IMG/VR virus record: IMGVR_UViG_3300031669_000002
Coordinates: 64,001 to 128,000 of that record
Length of the DNA: 64,000 bases
Source of the DNA: a virus
Reading direction: 5' to 3' (one strand)
Shown: positions 55,365 through 64,000 of the stretch, one piece after another
Position numbering within the stretch: the stretch's first letter is position 1
Layout of the letters: every line of letters begins with the position of its first letter
The notes under the pieces: model-generated
Databases searched by the model: none
Told to the model about the DNA's origin: nothing
The model's input: only the letters and a program-made list of their open reading frames with translations
Program-made: the position numbers and the translations under genes

Positions 55365-55874
55365 ATGAAAAATCAACGATGCCTTTATATAGATATGGAC
55401 GACGTAGTTGCTGACTGGAATAAAGAAGCTCGCCGCTACTTAAAAAGAACTTGGGAATCCGGTGTATGGATACCAGAATCCGAATGGCAAAATTTAGAGG
55501 ATCATAAAAGATTCTATCGAGACTTACCTCTTATGGAAGGCGCCGAAGAGCTAATTGCGTGGGCAAGAACATTTACTGAGAAGAATAACATGCATTTGGC
55601 TTTCCTAACCGCATTGCCTAAAAACAACAAGATGCAATATGCAAGCTATGATAAGTTTCTTTGGGCACAAGAGCGTTTCCCAAATATTCCTGTATTCTTT
55701 GGCCCATACTCACACGACAAACACCATCACTGTCAACCGGGTGACATTCTAATCGACGACCGCACTTCAAACTGTGTAGAATGGCGACTTGTCGGAGGGA
55801 TAGCTCATCAATACACAACATGGGAGAAATGTAAAGAATGGATCTTCCATAATTTGGACAATACAATAAAATGA
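55365..55874 (+). CDS. 5'(3')-deoxyribonucleotidase (HAD, NT5C-like)
   Basis: DMDDVVAD motif I, FLTALP, K.LW and ILIDDR...W...GG motifs. Confidence 0.85.
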   Translation: MKNQRCLYIDMDDVVADWNKEARRYLKRTWESGVWIPESEWQNLEDHKRFYRDLPLMEGAEELIAWARTFTEKNNMHLAFLTALPKNNKMQYASYDKFLWAQERFPNIPVFFGPYSHDKHHHCQPGDILIDDRTSNCVEWRLVGGIAHQYTTWEKCKEWIFHNLDNTIK

Positions 55875-56185
55875 GAATAACTTATATTGGTCCACCATTA
55901 GGAACTTCTGCTTGGGATAACACTATTATATTCGACGACGAGTTTGATAATGGGCTTGATATGGATAGTATGTGCTGTTGGGTTAGCAATACATTTAAGG
56001 AGAATTTTATTATCCTTGAGTATAGTGAGAAGAGCATCGCAGGAGGATGCTTAGATAATGCTAAAGCGTGGAATGACGGATATGATAGCGATAGGTATAT
56101 ACTAATAGATAGATGGGAATTACGCTGCTCGTCAGAAGATGCAACCTTATTTCTACTAAAATACTCAAACAAGGAATCAGCATGA
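55871..56185 (+). CDS. Small hypothetical protein (ATxFxLK family)
   Basis: ATGA overlaps on both sides; LRCSSEDATLFLLKY. Confidence 0.65.
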   Translation: MRITYIGPPLGTSAWDNTIIFDDEFDNGLDMDSMCCWVSNTFKENFIILEYSEKSIAGGCLDNAKAWNDGYDSDRYILIDRWELRCSSEDATLFLLKYSNKESA

Positions 56186-56796
56186 TTATCAGTCTAAGTG
56201 GTTTGATAGGAAGTGGCAAGGACACGGTGGCAGAAATGCTGGTAGAACAACACGGATTCACGCGAGACTCATTTGCAGGAACACTCAAAGATGCAGTATC
56301 CGCAATCTTCGGATGGAATAGAGAGATGCTTGAAGGTAAGACCAAGGAAGCAAGGGCACAACGAGAAATAGTTGACCCGTGGTGGTCTGTTCGTCTTAAT
56401 AACCCAGAATTATCGCCAAGATGGATTCTCCAACATTTTGGCACAGAGGTCTGCAGAACACATCTTCACACTGATATCTGGGTTGCCAGTCTCGAAAACA
56501 AACTACGAAATCTAACTGAGGGAAATATTGTCATCAGTGATGCGCGGTTCACTAACGAACTCGATATGCTCAAAAATGCAGGAGCGCAGATGATATGTGT
56601 ATCTCGAGGACCAAAGCCGTTTTGGTGGAATACGGCAATTCAAGCTCATACTACGCCCGAAGCAATGGCCAAAATGATTGCACTTGATATACACAAAAGC
56701 GAGTGGGATTGGGCAGATTATAACTTTGACCTACATATCAATAATAACAAAAGCCTAGTTGAGTTAGAACAAACCGTCGATCTTTTAGTAGATTAA
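56182..56796 (+). CDS. gp1: Deoxynucleoside monophosphate kinase (T4 gp1-like); start 56182
   Basis: IISLSGLIGSGKDT P-loop, SFAGTLKD, PRWILQHFGTE, IVISDARF.NE and H.SE motifs. Confidence 0.9.
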   Translation: MIISLSGLIGSGKDTVAEMLVEQHGFTRDSFAGTLKDAVSAIFGWNREMLEGKTKEARAQREIVDPWWSVRLNNPELSPRWILQHFGTEVCRTHLHTDIWVASLENKLRNLTEGNIVISDARFTNELDMLKNAGAQMICVSRGPKPFWWNTAIQAHTTPEAMAKMIALDIHKSEWDWADYNFDLHINNNKSLVELEQTVDLLVD

Positions 56797-57146
56797 AAAT
56801 CAGGAGTTAACTTTTCTCTGCCGTCTGGCTTCCATCCTAAACTACTATACTGAATTTCAATCGCACAATTAGCACAAATCGTCTTTAAGTTAAACCAATC
56901 ATTATTAGCAGAATTGCCATCTAGGTGGTAGACTGCTGACTGTTCCGTGTGTTTAAATCTAAATCCACACTTCTCGCATTTATCCTTCTTCTTATATCCT
57001 GTTCTTAGCCATCCTGCCGGAAGAGGTTTCTTCTTCTTTCGATAACATTGGTCACACTTATTTCGGTAATATGTCTTACCGTATTTAATATAATTTACTG
57101 CTACGGGTTTAACGTGACAGCAGGGACATAGTTTACGCTCTAGCAT
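56793..57146 (-). CDS. Zinc-binding HNH-like protein
   Basis: CPCC, CDQC, CEKC and H.DGN..NN...NL.TICANC motifs; TAAATA 4 nt upstream. Confidence 0.6.
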   Translation of the reverse strand: MLERKLCPCCHVKPVAVNYIKYGKTYYRNKCDQCYRKKKKPLPAGWLRTGYKKKDKCEKCGFRFKHTEQSAVYHLDGNSANNDWFNLKTICANCAIEIQYSSLGWKPDGREKLTPDF

Positions 57147-57158
57147 ATAGTATTTAGT

Positions 57159-57182
57159 GAAGGCACTTTATAAAGTGCCTTC
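57159..57182. repeat. Perfect inverted repeat between divergent late promoters
   Basis: gaaggcacttt-at-aaagtgccttc; flanked by TAAATA on - (57151-57156) and + (57211-57216). Confidence 0.75.
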
Positions 57183-57263
57183 TACGGCGCCTGTTTTTGC
57201 CATAATGGCATAAATATTACTAACAAGTAATTTAACTATTACACACCAATTTTAGGAGAGACA

Positions 57264-57950
57264 ATGCTATATCATTTTACATATAAGACAACAAACACAA
57301 TTAATGATAAGTCTTATTATGGAAAACATTCAACCACTAATCTAGAGGATGGATATCTGGGATCAGGACTAAATCTATCTCGTGCGATTAAAAAATATGG
57401 TAGAGAAGTATTTACAACTGAAATTCTCTTCTTTTATGAAAACACAGAAGAGTTAAACAATGCCGAAAAAGAATTAATTACCGAAGAGATGATCAACTCT
57501 AATACGACATATAATATTGCAGTTGGCGGCCAAGGAGGAAATCTGGGATTGTTAGTTAATAAGAAAATATCTCAAAAAACTAAAGGAGTTAAAAAAGGGC
57601 CATGTTCAGACACACATAGAAAAAATATGAGACTTGCTAAACTTGGGTATGTCTTCTCAGACGAAAGTTTAAAGAGAAGATCTACCACAGTCAAAGAAAA
57701 AAATGCAAAATTGACTAGACGTGAAAAAGCAATCGGTTCAAGATCTTCAGGAGAAAAGAATGGATTTTATAATAAATCACACTCTGCTGAATTTAAAGAA
57801 AATCAAAGAAATCGTTTATTGACTCGTTCTATTCCAATAAGTGCTAAATCAGTCACTATTAACGGGATAACTTATTCAATGATGATGACAGCAATGAAAG
57901 AACTTGGCGTCAATAGACGCACACTACTTAAATTAATAGGAGAAAAATAA
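57264..57950 (+). CDS. GIY-YIG homing endonuclease
   Basis: FTYKTTN..N.KSYYGKHST..LEDGYLGSG, AEKELI and YNIAVGG motifs; stop overlaps the sheath ATG. Confidence 0.87.
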   Translation: MLYHFTYKTTNTINDKSYYGKHSTTNLEDGYLGSGLNLSRAIKKYGREVFTTEILFFYENTEELNNAEKELITEEMINSNTTYNIAVGGQGGNLGLLVNKKISQKTKGVKKGPCSDTHRKNMRLAKLGYVFSDESLKRRSTTVKEKNAKLTRREKAIGSRSSGEKNGFYNKSHSAEFKENQRNRLLTRSIPISAKSVTINGITYSMMMTAMKELGVNRRTLLKLIGEK

Positions 57951-60900
57951 TGCTAGTATCCCCAGGACAAGAAATCACTATTATTGACGACAGTCAATAT
58001 GTTTCATCAAGCGTAGGAACCGTTCCTTTTATCTTACTTGCAACAGCACAAGATAAGACATTCCAAGGACTTCCAGCAGCATATACATCTAAAGCAAATG
58101 CAGGACAACTATTGTCTTTTAGCAGTCAGCGTGATATGATTACTAATCTTGGTTATCCACTATTCAAACAAAGCTCGGCAGGAACACCGCTAAACGCATA
58201 TGAAACAAACGAATATGGTTTAATGGCTGGTTACAGTGCAATGGGCGTAAGCAATAAGTCATACGTTATTCGTGCTGACATTGACCTAGCTCAACTAGAA
58301 GGAACAGCAGTTCGTCCAATAGGGTTACCATTGAATGGAACAATGTGGTTAGATACTGCTGATTCAACTTGGGGAATTTATGAATGGAATGCAACTACGC
58401 AAAGTTATGTAAATCGTATTCCGTTAGTTATAACTGATCCTACTGAAGTATCTGGTACACCGCCATTGCCACTGCCATCAATTGGGTCAATTGATTCTTA
58501 TGCAGTTATTGCGTTATCAGCTACAGCAACAACATCAGCATATAATAACATTTGCTACAAAGGGTCTGATAATCAATGGACGCATGTTGGTAATCCAGCA
58601 GCGCCTGAATCACCATCTTGGCAAAATGAATGGCCAGCAGTTACTGGCAATGTTGCCGCTGTTGGTGGCAACTTTACCGGACTCACTACTCAAACTCTAG
58701 TATTAAATAATGTTATAATTACTGCTATCTCAACAAGTTTAACCAACACAGTACAACAAATTAATACTGCTGGAATTACCGGAGTATCAGCAGCAGCAGT
58801 TAACAATCAACTTGCATTATATGCAACATCAGTTGCAACTAACGGAGAAGTTACTATTGCTGCAAACTCAACAGCACTGTCGACTTTGGGATTAACTTCC
58901 GGAACCTATGCAGCGCCAGCAATTCAATACGGTAGCTATGTTTCTGTACCAGACTGGAGGAGCACAGATGCAACTCCTCGTCCTACTGGAAGCGTTTGGT
59001 TCAAAACCTCTACATTAGGAAGCGGCACAAACTTTGTTCTTAAAGAATTTAACGCAAACAATGATGCTTGGACATCAATCGCTACACCAATTTACGCAGA
59101 CGATGCAGATGCAATCTATAACTTAGATCCAACTGCTGGCGGAAGCAACATTCAAGCAGGAACAGTGTATGTTCAGCAAGATGCACTATTTGGTGGCAGT
59201 ACTACTGTTGGCACAGGATCATTCCTTTTCTTAGATAGAACAACACAGGGCGCATTAACTATAACTGGCTCAAACACTTCGCCGACATTTAATAACACAG
59301 TTGATAATATTACTGTGTCGGTAACACAGGTTGGAGTTGCTGGTTGGTTAACTGCAACAGCAAACATATCTGGCAATACTGCTCAGGCTTTTGTAAGCAC
59401 AATATCGTCGCTTAATCTGCCATACTTAGTTGCTACTGTTACTGGAACTGGCGCAATTTCATTATCACATGCTGCGGGTGGTTCAATTAAGCTTTCACAA
59501 ACAGGATTAAGTGACACATTAGCAAAAGCAGGATTTATTGGTGCAACTGGTGTTACATTAATACCAGGCACATCTGCCCCTCAATATCTGGCAAGTAACT
59601 TTACTAAGTTGTTATACACTGCTCAGTCACTGACTCCGTATACTGCACCTGCAGATGGAACGCTATGGTTCTTTAATAGTCCACTTGATGTAGATATTAT
59701 GGTTAATGACTTAGGTGGATGGAAAGGATATAAGAATGTTACTCTTGATGCTAGAGGATATAATTTATCTAATACAGACCCACTTGGACCAATTATGTCG
59801 CCTACTGCACCAATTACGCAAACAGACAATACTCCATTGGTTCCAGGAGATTTATGGGTTAACACAGGCGAATTAACTAATGCTCCTGTTATTTCAAGAT
59901 ATACAGGTACTTCGTGGTCTTTGATCAATAATGCAGACTCTGTTGATCAAAACGGTATTGTATTTGCTGATGCACGTTGGGACACAACTGGAACAACTGA
60001 TCCTGTAGCTGGAAACTATCCATCAATAGTAGCATTGCAGTCAAGCAACTACCTTGATATAGATGCACCGGATTATCGCTTGTATCCACGAGGCACGTTA
60101 TTGTTTAACCTACGTCGTTCAGGATATAACGTTAAACACTTTGTGGCAGACTATTTTAATACTACTGCATTTTCGGTAGCTGGTTGGACTGCAACTACCG
60201 CCTACACAGCTGGAACAAAGGTGGTGTATGAAGGCGTTATTTACGTTGCAGTAACAAGCTCGACTAACCAAACACCGTTAGCAAATCCAACGTATTGGGC
60301 AACATTAGAATCAGCAACTTGGGTTACCTCAAGCGGCCTACAAAATAATGGCGCACCATATATGGGTGCAGGTGCTCAACGCGCAATGGTAGTTAAAGCT
60401 CTTAAAGCAGCAATTGATGGTAGCGACACATTACGTGAAGAAAGCTTCCAATTCAACTTAATTACTTGCCCAGGATATCCAGAATTGATTCCTGATATGG
60501 TTAATTTGAATAATGATCGTAAGAACACTGCTTTCGTTATCGGCGACACCCCAATGCATTTGGCAGCAAACGGAATAGATGTTACAAATTGGTCAACCGA
60601 TGCAAACGGAGACGGACTAGCAACAGCAGATCCATACATGGGTGTTTACTATCCATCAGGTTTAACTACAGACTTGTCAGGCAACAACATTGTTGTGCCA
60701 CCAAGCCACATGGTTCTTCGTGCTGCTATTAAGAGCGATAACGTATCGTATCCGTGGTTCGCTTTTGCAGGAACACGTCGTGGTTTAGTTGACAACTGTT
60801 CAGACATTGGATATGTTGATGCTAACTTAGGTGAGTTTGTACGCAACGGTATTAACCAAGGGATGCGTGATACTCTTTATCCATTAGCAATTAACCCAAT

Positions 60901-61294
60901 TACGCTTTTAAGTGGTGTTGGTCTTACTATTTTTGGTAACAAGACTCGTGTTGGTGTAGCTAGTTCATTAGATCGAGTTAACGTAGCTCGCTTAGTTAAT
61001 TACATTCGTACTATCCTTGCTTCGGTCGGTAATGCATACTTATTTGAACCAGACGATAAGACTACTTGGGATTCAATTGCACAGGTTATCTCAAGTGCAA
61101 TGAATGACCTAGTAACAAAACGTGCAATTTATGACTATGCTGTTGTTTGTGATTCATCTAACAATACACCACAGCGTATTGCCAATAACGAGCTGTATGT
61201 GGATATAGCCATTGAGCCAGAAAAGGATGTTGAATTTATCTATATTCCAATTCGCTTAATGAATCCAGGCGCAATTGCTTCTGGCGGCAAATAA
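57950..61294 (+). CDS. gp18: Tail sheath protein (gp18-like), expanded
   Basis: LVSPG.EITIID start; C-terminal PPSH..LR, YPWFA.AGTRRG, INPI, GNKT, LDRVNVARL, YDYAVVCD.SNNTP and VEFIYIP motifs. Confidence 0.93.
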   Translation: MLVSPGQEITIIDDSQYVSSSVGTVPFILLATAQDKTFQGLPAAYTSKANAGQLLSFSSQRDMITNLGYPLFKQSSAGTPLNAYETNEYGLMAGYSAMGVSNKSYVIRADIDLAQLEGTAVRPIGLPLNGTMWLDTADSTWGIYEWNATTQSYVNRIPLVITDPTEVSGTPPLPLPSIGSIDSYAVIALSATATTSAYNNICYKGSDNQWTHVGNPAAPESPSWQNEWPAVTGNVAAVGGNFTGLTTQTLVLNNVIITAISTSLTNTVQQINTAGITGVSAAAVNNQLALYATSVATNGEVTIAANSTALSTLGLTSGTYAAPAIQYGSYVSVPDWRSTDATPRPTGSVWFKTSTLGSGTNFVLKEFNANNDAWTSIATPIYADDADAIYNLDPTAGGSNIQAGTVYVQQDALFGGSTTVGTGSFLFLDRTTQGALTITGSNTSPTFNNTVDNITVSVTQVGVAGWLTATANISGNTAQAFVSTISSLNLPYLVATVTGTGAISLSHAAGGSIKLSQTGLSDTLAKAGFIGATGVTLIPGTSAPQYLASNFTKLLYTAQSLTPYTAPADGTLWFFNSPLDVDIMVNDLGGWKGYKNVTLDARGYNLSNTDPLGPIMSPTAPITQTDNTPLVPGDLWVNTGELTNAPVISRYTGTSWSLINNADSVDQNGIVFADARWDTTGTTDPVAGNYPSIVALQSSNYLDIDAPDYRLYPRGTLLFNLRRSGYNVKHFVADYFNTTAFSVAGWTATTAYTAGTKVVYEGVIYVAVTSSTNQTPLANPTYWATLESATWVTSSGLQNNGAPYMGAGAQRAMVVKALKAAIDGSDTLREESFQFNLITCPGYPELIPDMVNLNNDRKNTAFVIGDTPMHLAANGIDVTNWSTDANGDGLATADPYMGVYYPSGLTTDLSGNNIVVPPSHMVLRAAIKSDNVSYPWFAFAGTRRGLVDNCSDIGYVDANLGEFVRNGINQGMRDTLYPLAINPITLLSGVGLTIFGNKTRVGVASSLDRVNVARLVNYIRTILASVGNAYLFEPDDKTTWDSIAQVISSAMNDLVTKRAIYDYAVVCDSSNNTPQRIANNELYVDIAIEPEKDVEFIYIPIRLMNPGAIASGGK

Positions 61295-61314
61295 GTTTCC
61301 TTGGAATGGGAAGG

Positions 61315-61334
61315 GTAGGGCAGAAATGCCCTAC
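61315..61334 (+). terminator. Hairpin after the sheath gene
   Basis: gtagggca-gaaa-tgccctac with a GNRA loop; short U tract. Confidence 0.6.
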
Positions 61335-61431
61335 TTAATTAACTACACAGATAATAGTTTTACCAAAAGTCGAAAGATTTTTGTTTCGATAGATAAATAT
61401 TAGTATAGAAGTAAAGTTTAAGGAGAATTGG

Positions 61432-62121
61432 GTGAGGGAGTTTAGACCAACATACTTATATATCAAGAGGCATAAGATAACCGGTAAGCTGTATTTCGGT
61501 AAAACATCTAATGGCTACGAAGAAATGCTTGCATATTTAGGTTCAGGTACTGTTTGGAATCGGCATATTAACAAGCACGGAATAGAGCATGTAGAAACTA
61601 TTTGGTTTTGTTTATATTATAATAGAGAAGATTGTAAAGAGTTTGCTGAGTGTTTTTCTGAACAAGAAAAGATAGTTGAATCAAAAATCTGGGCGAATTT
61701 ACGTCCTGAGAATGGCATCAATGGTGGCGGGACAAAAGGCGAGGGATTCGGTAGAAAACAATCTGCTGAGACTAAGGCCAAACGGTCAGCGGCGATGTTA
61801 GGAAACACAAATTTTAAATTTAGAAAAAACTTTGATCGAGCACCAATTTCAGAAAATCATAAAGAAAGAATAGCAAAAGCACAAACAGGTAAGAAGCAGT
61901 CTGCAGAAACTATAGCAAAAAAGATAAAGAAGCAAACTGGTCAAAAAAGAACAGAAGAAACAAAGAAAAATATGAGGAAACCAAAGTATTCAAATAAAAA
62001 TTATTTTGGTAAAAAAGAGAGGGTAAAATGTATATATTGCCCCAAAGTAGGCGGAGTAAACATTATGCCGAGGTATCATTTTGATAACTGTAAGTATAAA
62101 ATAATTAATATCATATCATAG
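61432..62121 (+). CDS. GIY-YIG homing endonuclease
   Basis: FRPTYLYIKRH..TGKLYFGKT, YLGSG..W, WANLRPENG and a terminal CIYC...HFDNC; TAAATA at 61394-61399. Confidence 0.87.
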   Translation: MREFRPTYLYIKRHKITGKLYFGKTSNGYEEMLAYLGSGTVWNRHINKHGIEHVETIWFCLYYNREDCKEFAECFSEQEKIVESKIWANLRPENGINGGGTKGEGFGRKQSAETKAKRSAAMLGNTNFKFRKNFDRAPISENHKERIAKAQTGKKQSAETIAKKIKKQTGQKRTEETKKNMRKPKYSNKNYFGKKERVKCIYCPKVGGVNIMPRYHFDNCKYKIINIIS

Positions 62122-62131
62122 GAGAACTATA

Positions 62132-62746
62132 GTGGCAATCGCATCCTTAACAAAATTTACAGTACCATTGGCAACATCAACTAGTGCTTCGGCACAGGGC
62201 TTGCTAATGCCTAAGATGAAGTATCGTTTTCGTGTTTCCTTTACTAGCTTCGGAGTAAGTTCAAACACAACAGAACTAACAAAACAAGTTAAGACATTTG
62301 GTCGTCCAAAGCCAGATTTTGATATGGTAGTTCTTGATGTTTATAACAGCAGAGTCAACCTAATTGGAAAACCGAAGTGGTCTCCTATTACGTGTGTTAT
62401 TCGCGACGATGCTGTTGGTAATGTATCAAAACTTGTTGGTGAGCAAATGCAGAAACAATTCGACTTTGCTGAACAGTCGTCGGCAGCTTCTGGCGGAGAT
62501 TACAAGTTTATGATCTTACTAGAAGAACTAGACGGCGGCAACGGAGCAAATACACCAACTGTTCTTGAAACATGGGAAATGTACGGTTGCTTGTTAACGG
62601 GAGTTGAGTACGGCGATAATGACTATGGTTCAAGTGATGCAATTGAGCTAACATTAAATATCCAGTTCGATAATGCAATTCAATCACCGACAGGAACAGG
62701 AATCGGAACAAATGTTGGTCGTACATTGGGAACAGCAGCAACCTAA
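62132..62746 (+). CDS. gp19: Tail tube protein (gp19-like)
   Basis: PKMKYRFRV, GKPKWSPI..VIRDD and LETWEMYGC...VEYG..DY..SD..ELTL.IQFDNA motifs; follows the sheath. Confidence 0.85.
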   Translation: MAIASLTKFTVPLATSTSASAQGLLMPKMKYRFRVSFTSFGVSSNTTELTKQVKTFGRPKPDFDMVVLDVYNSRVNLIGKPKWSPITCVIRDDAVGNVSKLVGEQMQKQFDFAEQSSAASGGDYKFMILLEELDGGNGANTPTVLETWEMYGCLLTGVEYGDNDYGSSDAIELTLNIQFDNAIQSPTGTGIGTNVGRTLGTAAT

Positions 62747-62767
62747 TAAAAAAACACATCAATGTCA

Positions 62768-62793
62768 AATAAGAGGCTTCGGCCTCTTATTTT
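62768..62793 (+). terminator. Rho-independent terminator
   Basis: aataagaggc-ttcg-gcctcttatt followed by T-rich sequence; C(UUCG)G loop. Confidence 0.88.
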
Positions 62794-62831
62794 GTTTTAA
62801 TTGGCACTTTTTCGGATGCTAAATACATTAT

Positions 62832-63872
62832 ATGGCAAATATACTCAACACATTCCTTAAAGAAATAGCACAAGGTGACTCAGTCCATGACTGGCAACAC
62901 GCGTCGAAACTATTCGTTGCAAATAATTATGAATTAGCACCAAAGAGTGCGTATCTTTACTATGTTCATTTTAACTTAAATCCGGCAGTAGTCTCCACGT
63001 CTCCATCAGTAACTGGGCCAAATGGTTCGTATGGAATGGATTTAGCTCAAAACAGAGCAGAGCTTGGTATGCTTGTTAAGCAAGTTGCATTGCCGAAATA
63101 TAAAATCGAAACTAAAACACTGAATGCATATAACAGACCACATGTTGTCCAAACAAAAATAAACTATGAGCCAATCAATATCACTTTCCATGATGATAGT
63201 GCAAACAAGGTTCGTAATTTTTGGTATGACTACTACTCATATTACTATAGAAATAGCGATAAAACAAATATTGACTGGGAAACGGCTGCCCACTCAGAAA
63301 TAAATAACCCAAGATTTAGAAAAGATTATGGATATACTGTTCGTAATACGAATGCTGATAATCAATATGCTCCACCATATATTACAAGTATTAGCATCTA
63401 TAGTTTATTCAATAAAAAGTTTAGCGAGTATATCATATACAATCCAATTATCTCAAGCTTTCAGCACGGCGAACACGAAGCATCGAATACAACAGGAGTA
63501 ATGTCTCATCAGATGACAGTTGAGTTTGAGTCAGTGTCGTATGCTTACGGATCTGTAACACCGGATACCGTTACAGGTTTCGGTAGCGCACATTACGATA
63601 AGTCACCTAGTCCAATTCTACCATTAGGTGGTGGAACACAGAGTATTCTTGGTCCAGGCGGTATAGTAAGCGATGCAGCAAGCATCGTTGAAGATGTAGG
63701 AACAGGAAACTTTGGAGCGGCAGCCCTTTCGTTAGCTAGAGATAAAACAAATCTAGCAGGTGCAAGTTTAAGCACAATGCTTCATCAAGATTCTCTTACC
63801 TCATTAAAGAATACTTTGGCAGGCAATAATCCATTTAGCTCAATTAGTATCCCTGGCCTAGGAGGATTTTAA
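62832..63872 (+). CDS. Second tail-tube-like protein
   Basis: LVKQVALPKY.IET..LNAYNR...QTKINYEPINITFHDD is a tube-fold motif. Confidence 0.65.
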   Translation: MANILNTFLKEIAQGDSVHDWQHASKLFVANNYELAPKSAYLYYVHFNLNPAVVSTSPSVTGPNGSYGMDLAQNRAELGMLVKQVALPKYKIETKTLNAYNRPHVVQTKINYEPINITFHDDSANKVRNFWYDYYSYYYRNSDKTNIDWETAAHSEINNPRFRKDYGYTVRNTNADNQYAPPYITSISIYSLFNKKFSEYIIYNPIISSFQHGEHEASNTTGVMSHQMTVEFESVSYAYGSVTPDTVTGFGSAHYDKSPSPILPLGGGTQSILGPGGIVSDAASIVEDVGTGNFGAAALSLARDKTNLAGASLSTMLHQDSLTSLKNTLAGNNPFSSISIPGLGGF

Positions 63873-63874
63873 TA

Positions 63875-64000
63875 ATGGCAATTTTAACTAACAATCTAGT
63901 TAACAATACAGCATCACAGGACCTGACCACAACTTGGTTCAATAATTATTATGTTTCTCCGTTTTCGGTATCTCAGGGCCAAAACGATTCGTTTATAAGC
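63875..64000 (+). CDS. Start of the next gene, truncated
   Basis: GGAGG SD and ATG at 63875 with the frame open to the window end. Confidence 0.55.
   Translation, partial: MAILTNNLVNNTASQDLTTTWFNNYYVSPFSVSQGQNDSFIS

Noticed and set aside
1-64000. Stop-codon reassignment, as in some jumbo phages
   Set aside because: Long genes are intact in code 11, and TAA, TAG and TGA all end genes at sensible positions.

Overview
This is an AT-rich segment of a large T4-related (jumbo-type) myophage genome in the standard genetic code. It covers most of the virion morphogenesis region: portal, tape-measure-like protein, baseplate genes, a 4902-aa baseplate/fibre protein, tail fibres, neck and tail-completion proteins, sheath and two tube-like proteins. 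It also holds gp46/gp47 recombination genes, a gp55-like late sigma factor, dNMP kinase, a deoxyribonucleotidase and a NUDIX hydrolase. About ten free-standing GIY-YIG/HNH homing endonuclease genes (HEGs) invade it, mostly between a TAAATA late promoter and an essential gene. No tRNA, rRNA, CRISPR array, integrase or intron was found. Best leads: (1) a ~500-nt minus-strand structured RNA candidate directly downstream of a GIY-YIG gene (6100-6605); (2) a conserved, covarying 5' leader shared by two GIY-YIG genes and one HNH gene; (3) a HEG that split the sigma-factor start and supplies a recoded replacement N-terminus; (4) recursively nested (bracket-matched) domain insertions in the giant protein; (5) a candidate -1 frameshift joining the gp26-like and gp51-like ORFs; (6) a set of apparently leaderless late genes, including ART-like and zeta-toxin-like proteins. 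All product calls come from motif recognition by eye; no searches were run.
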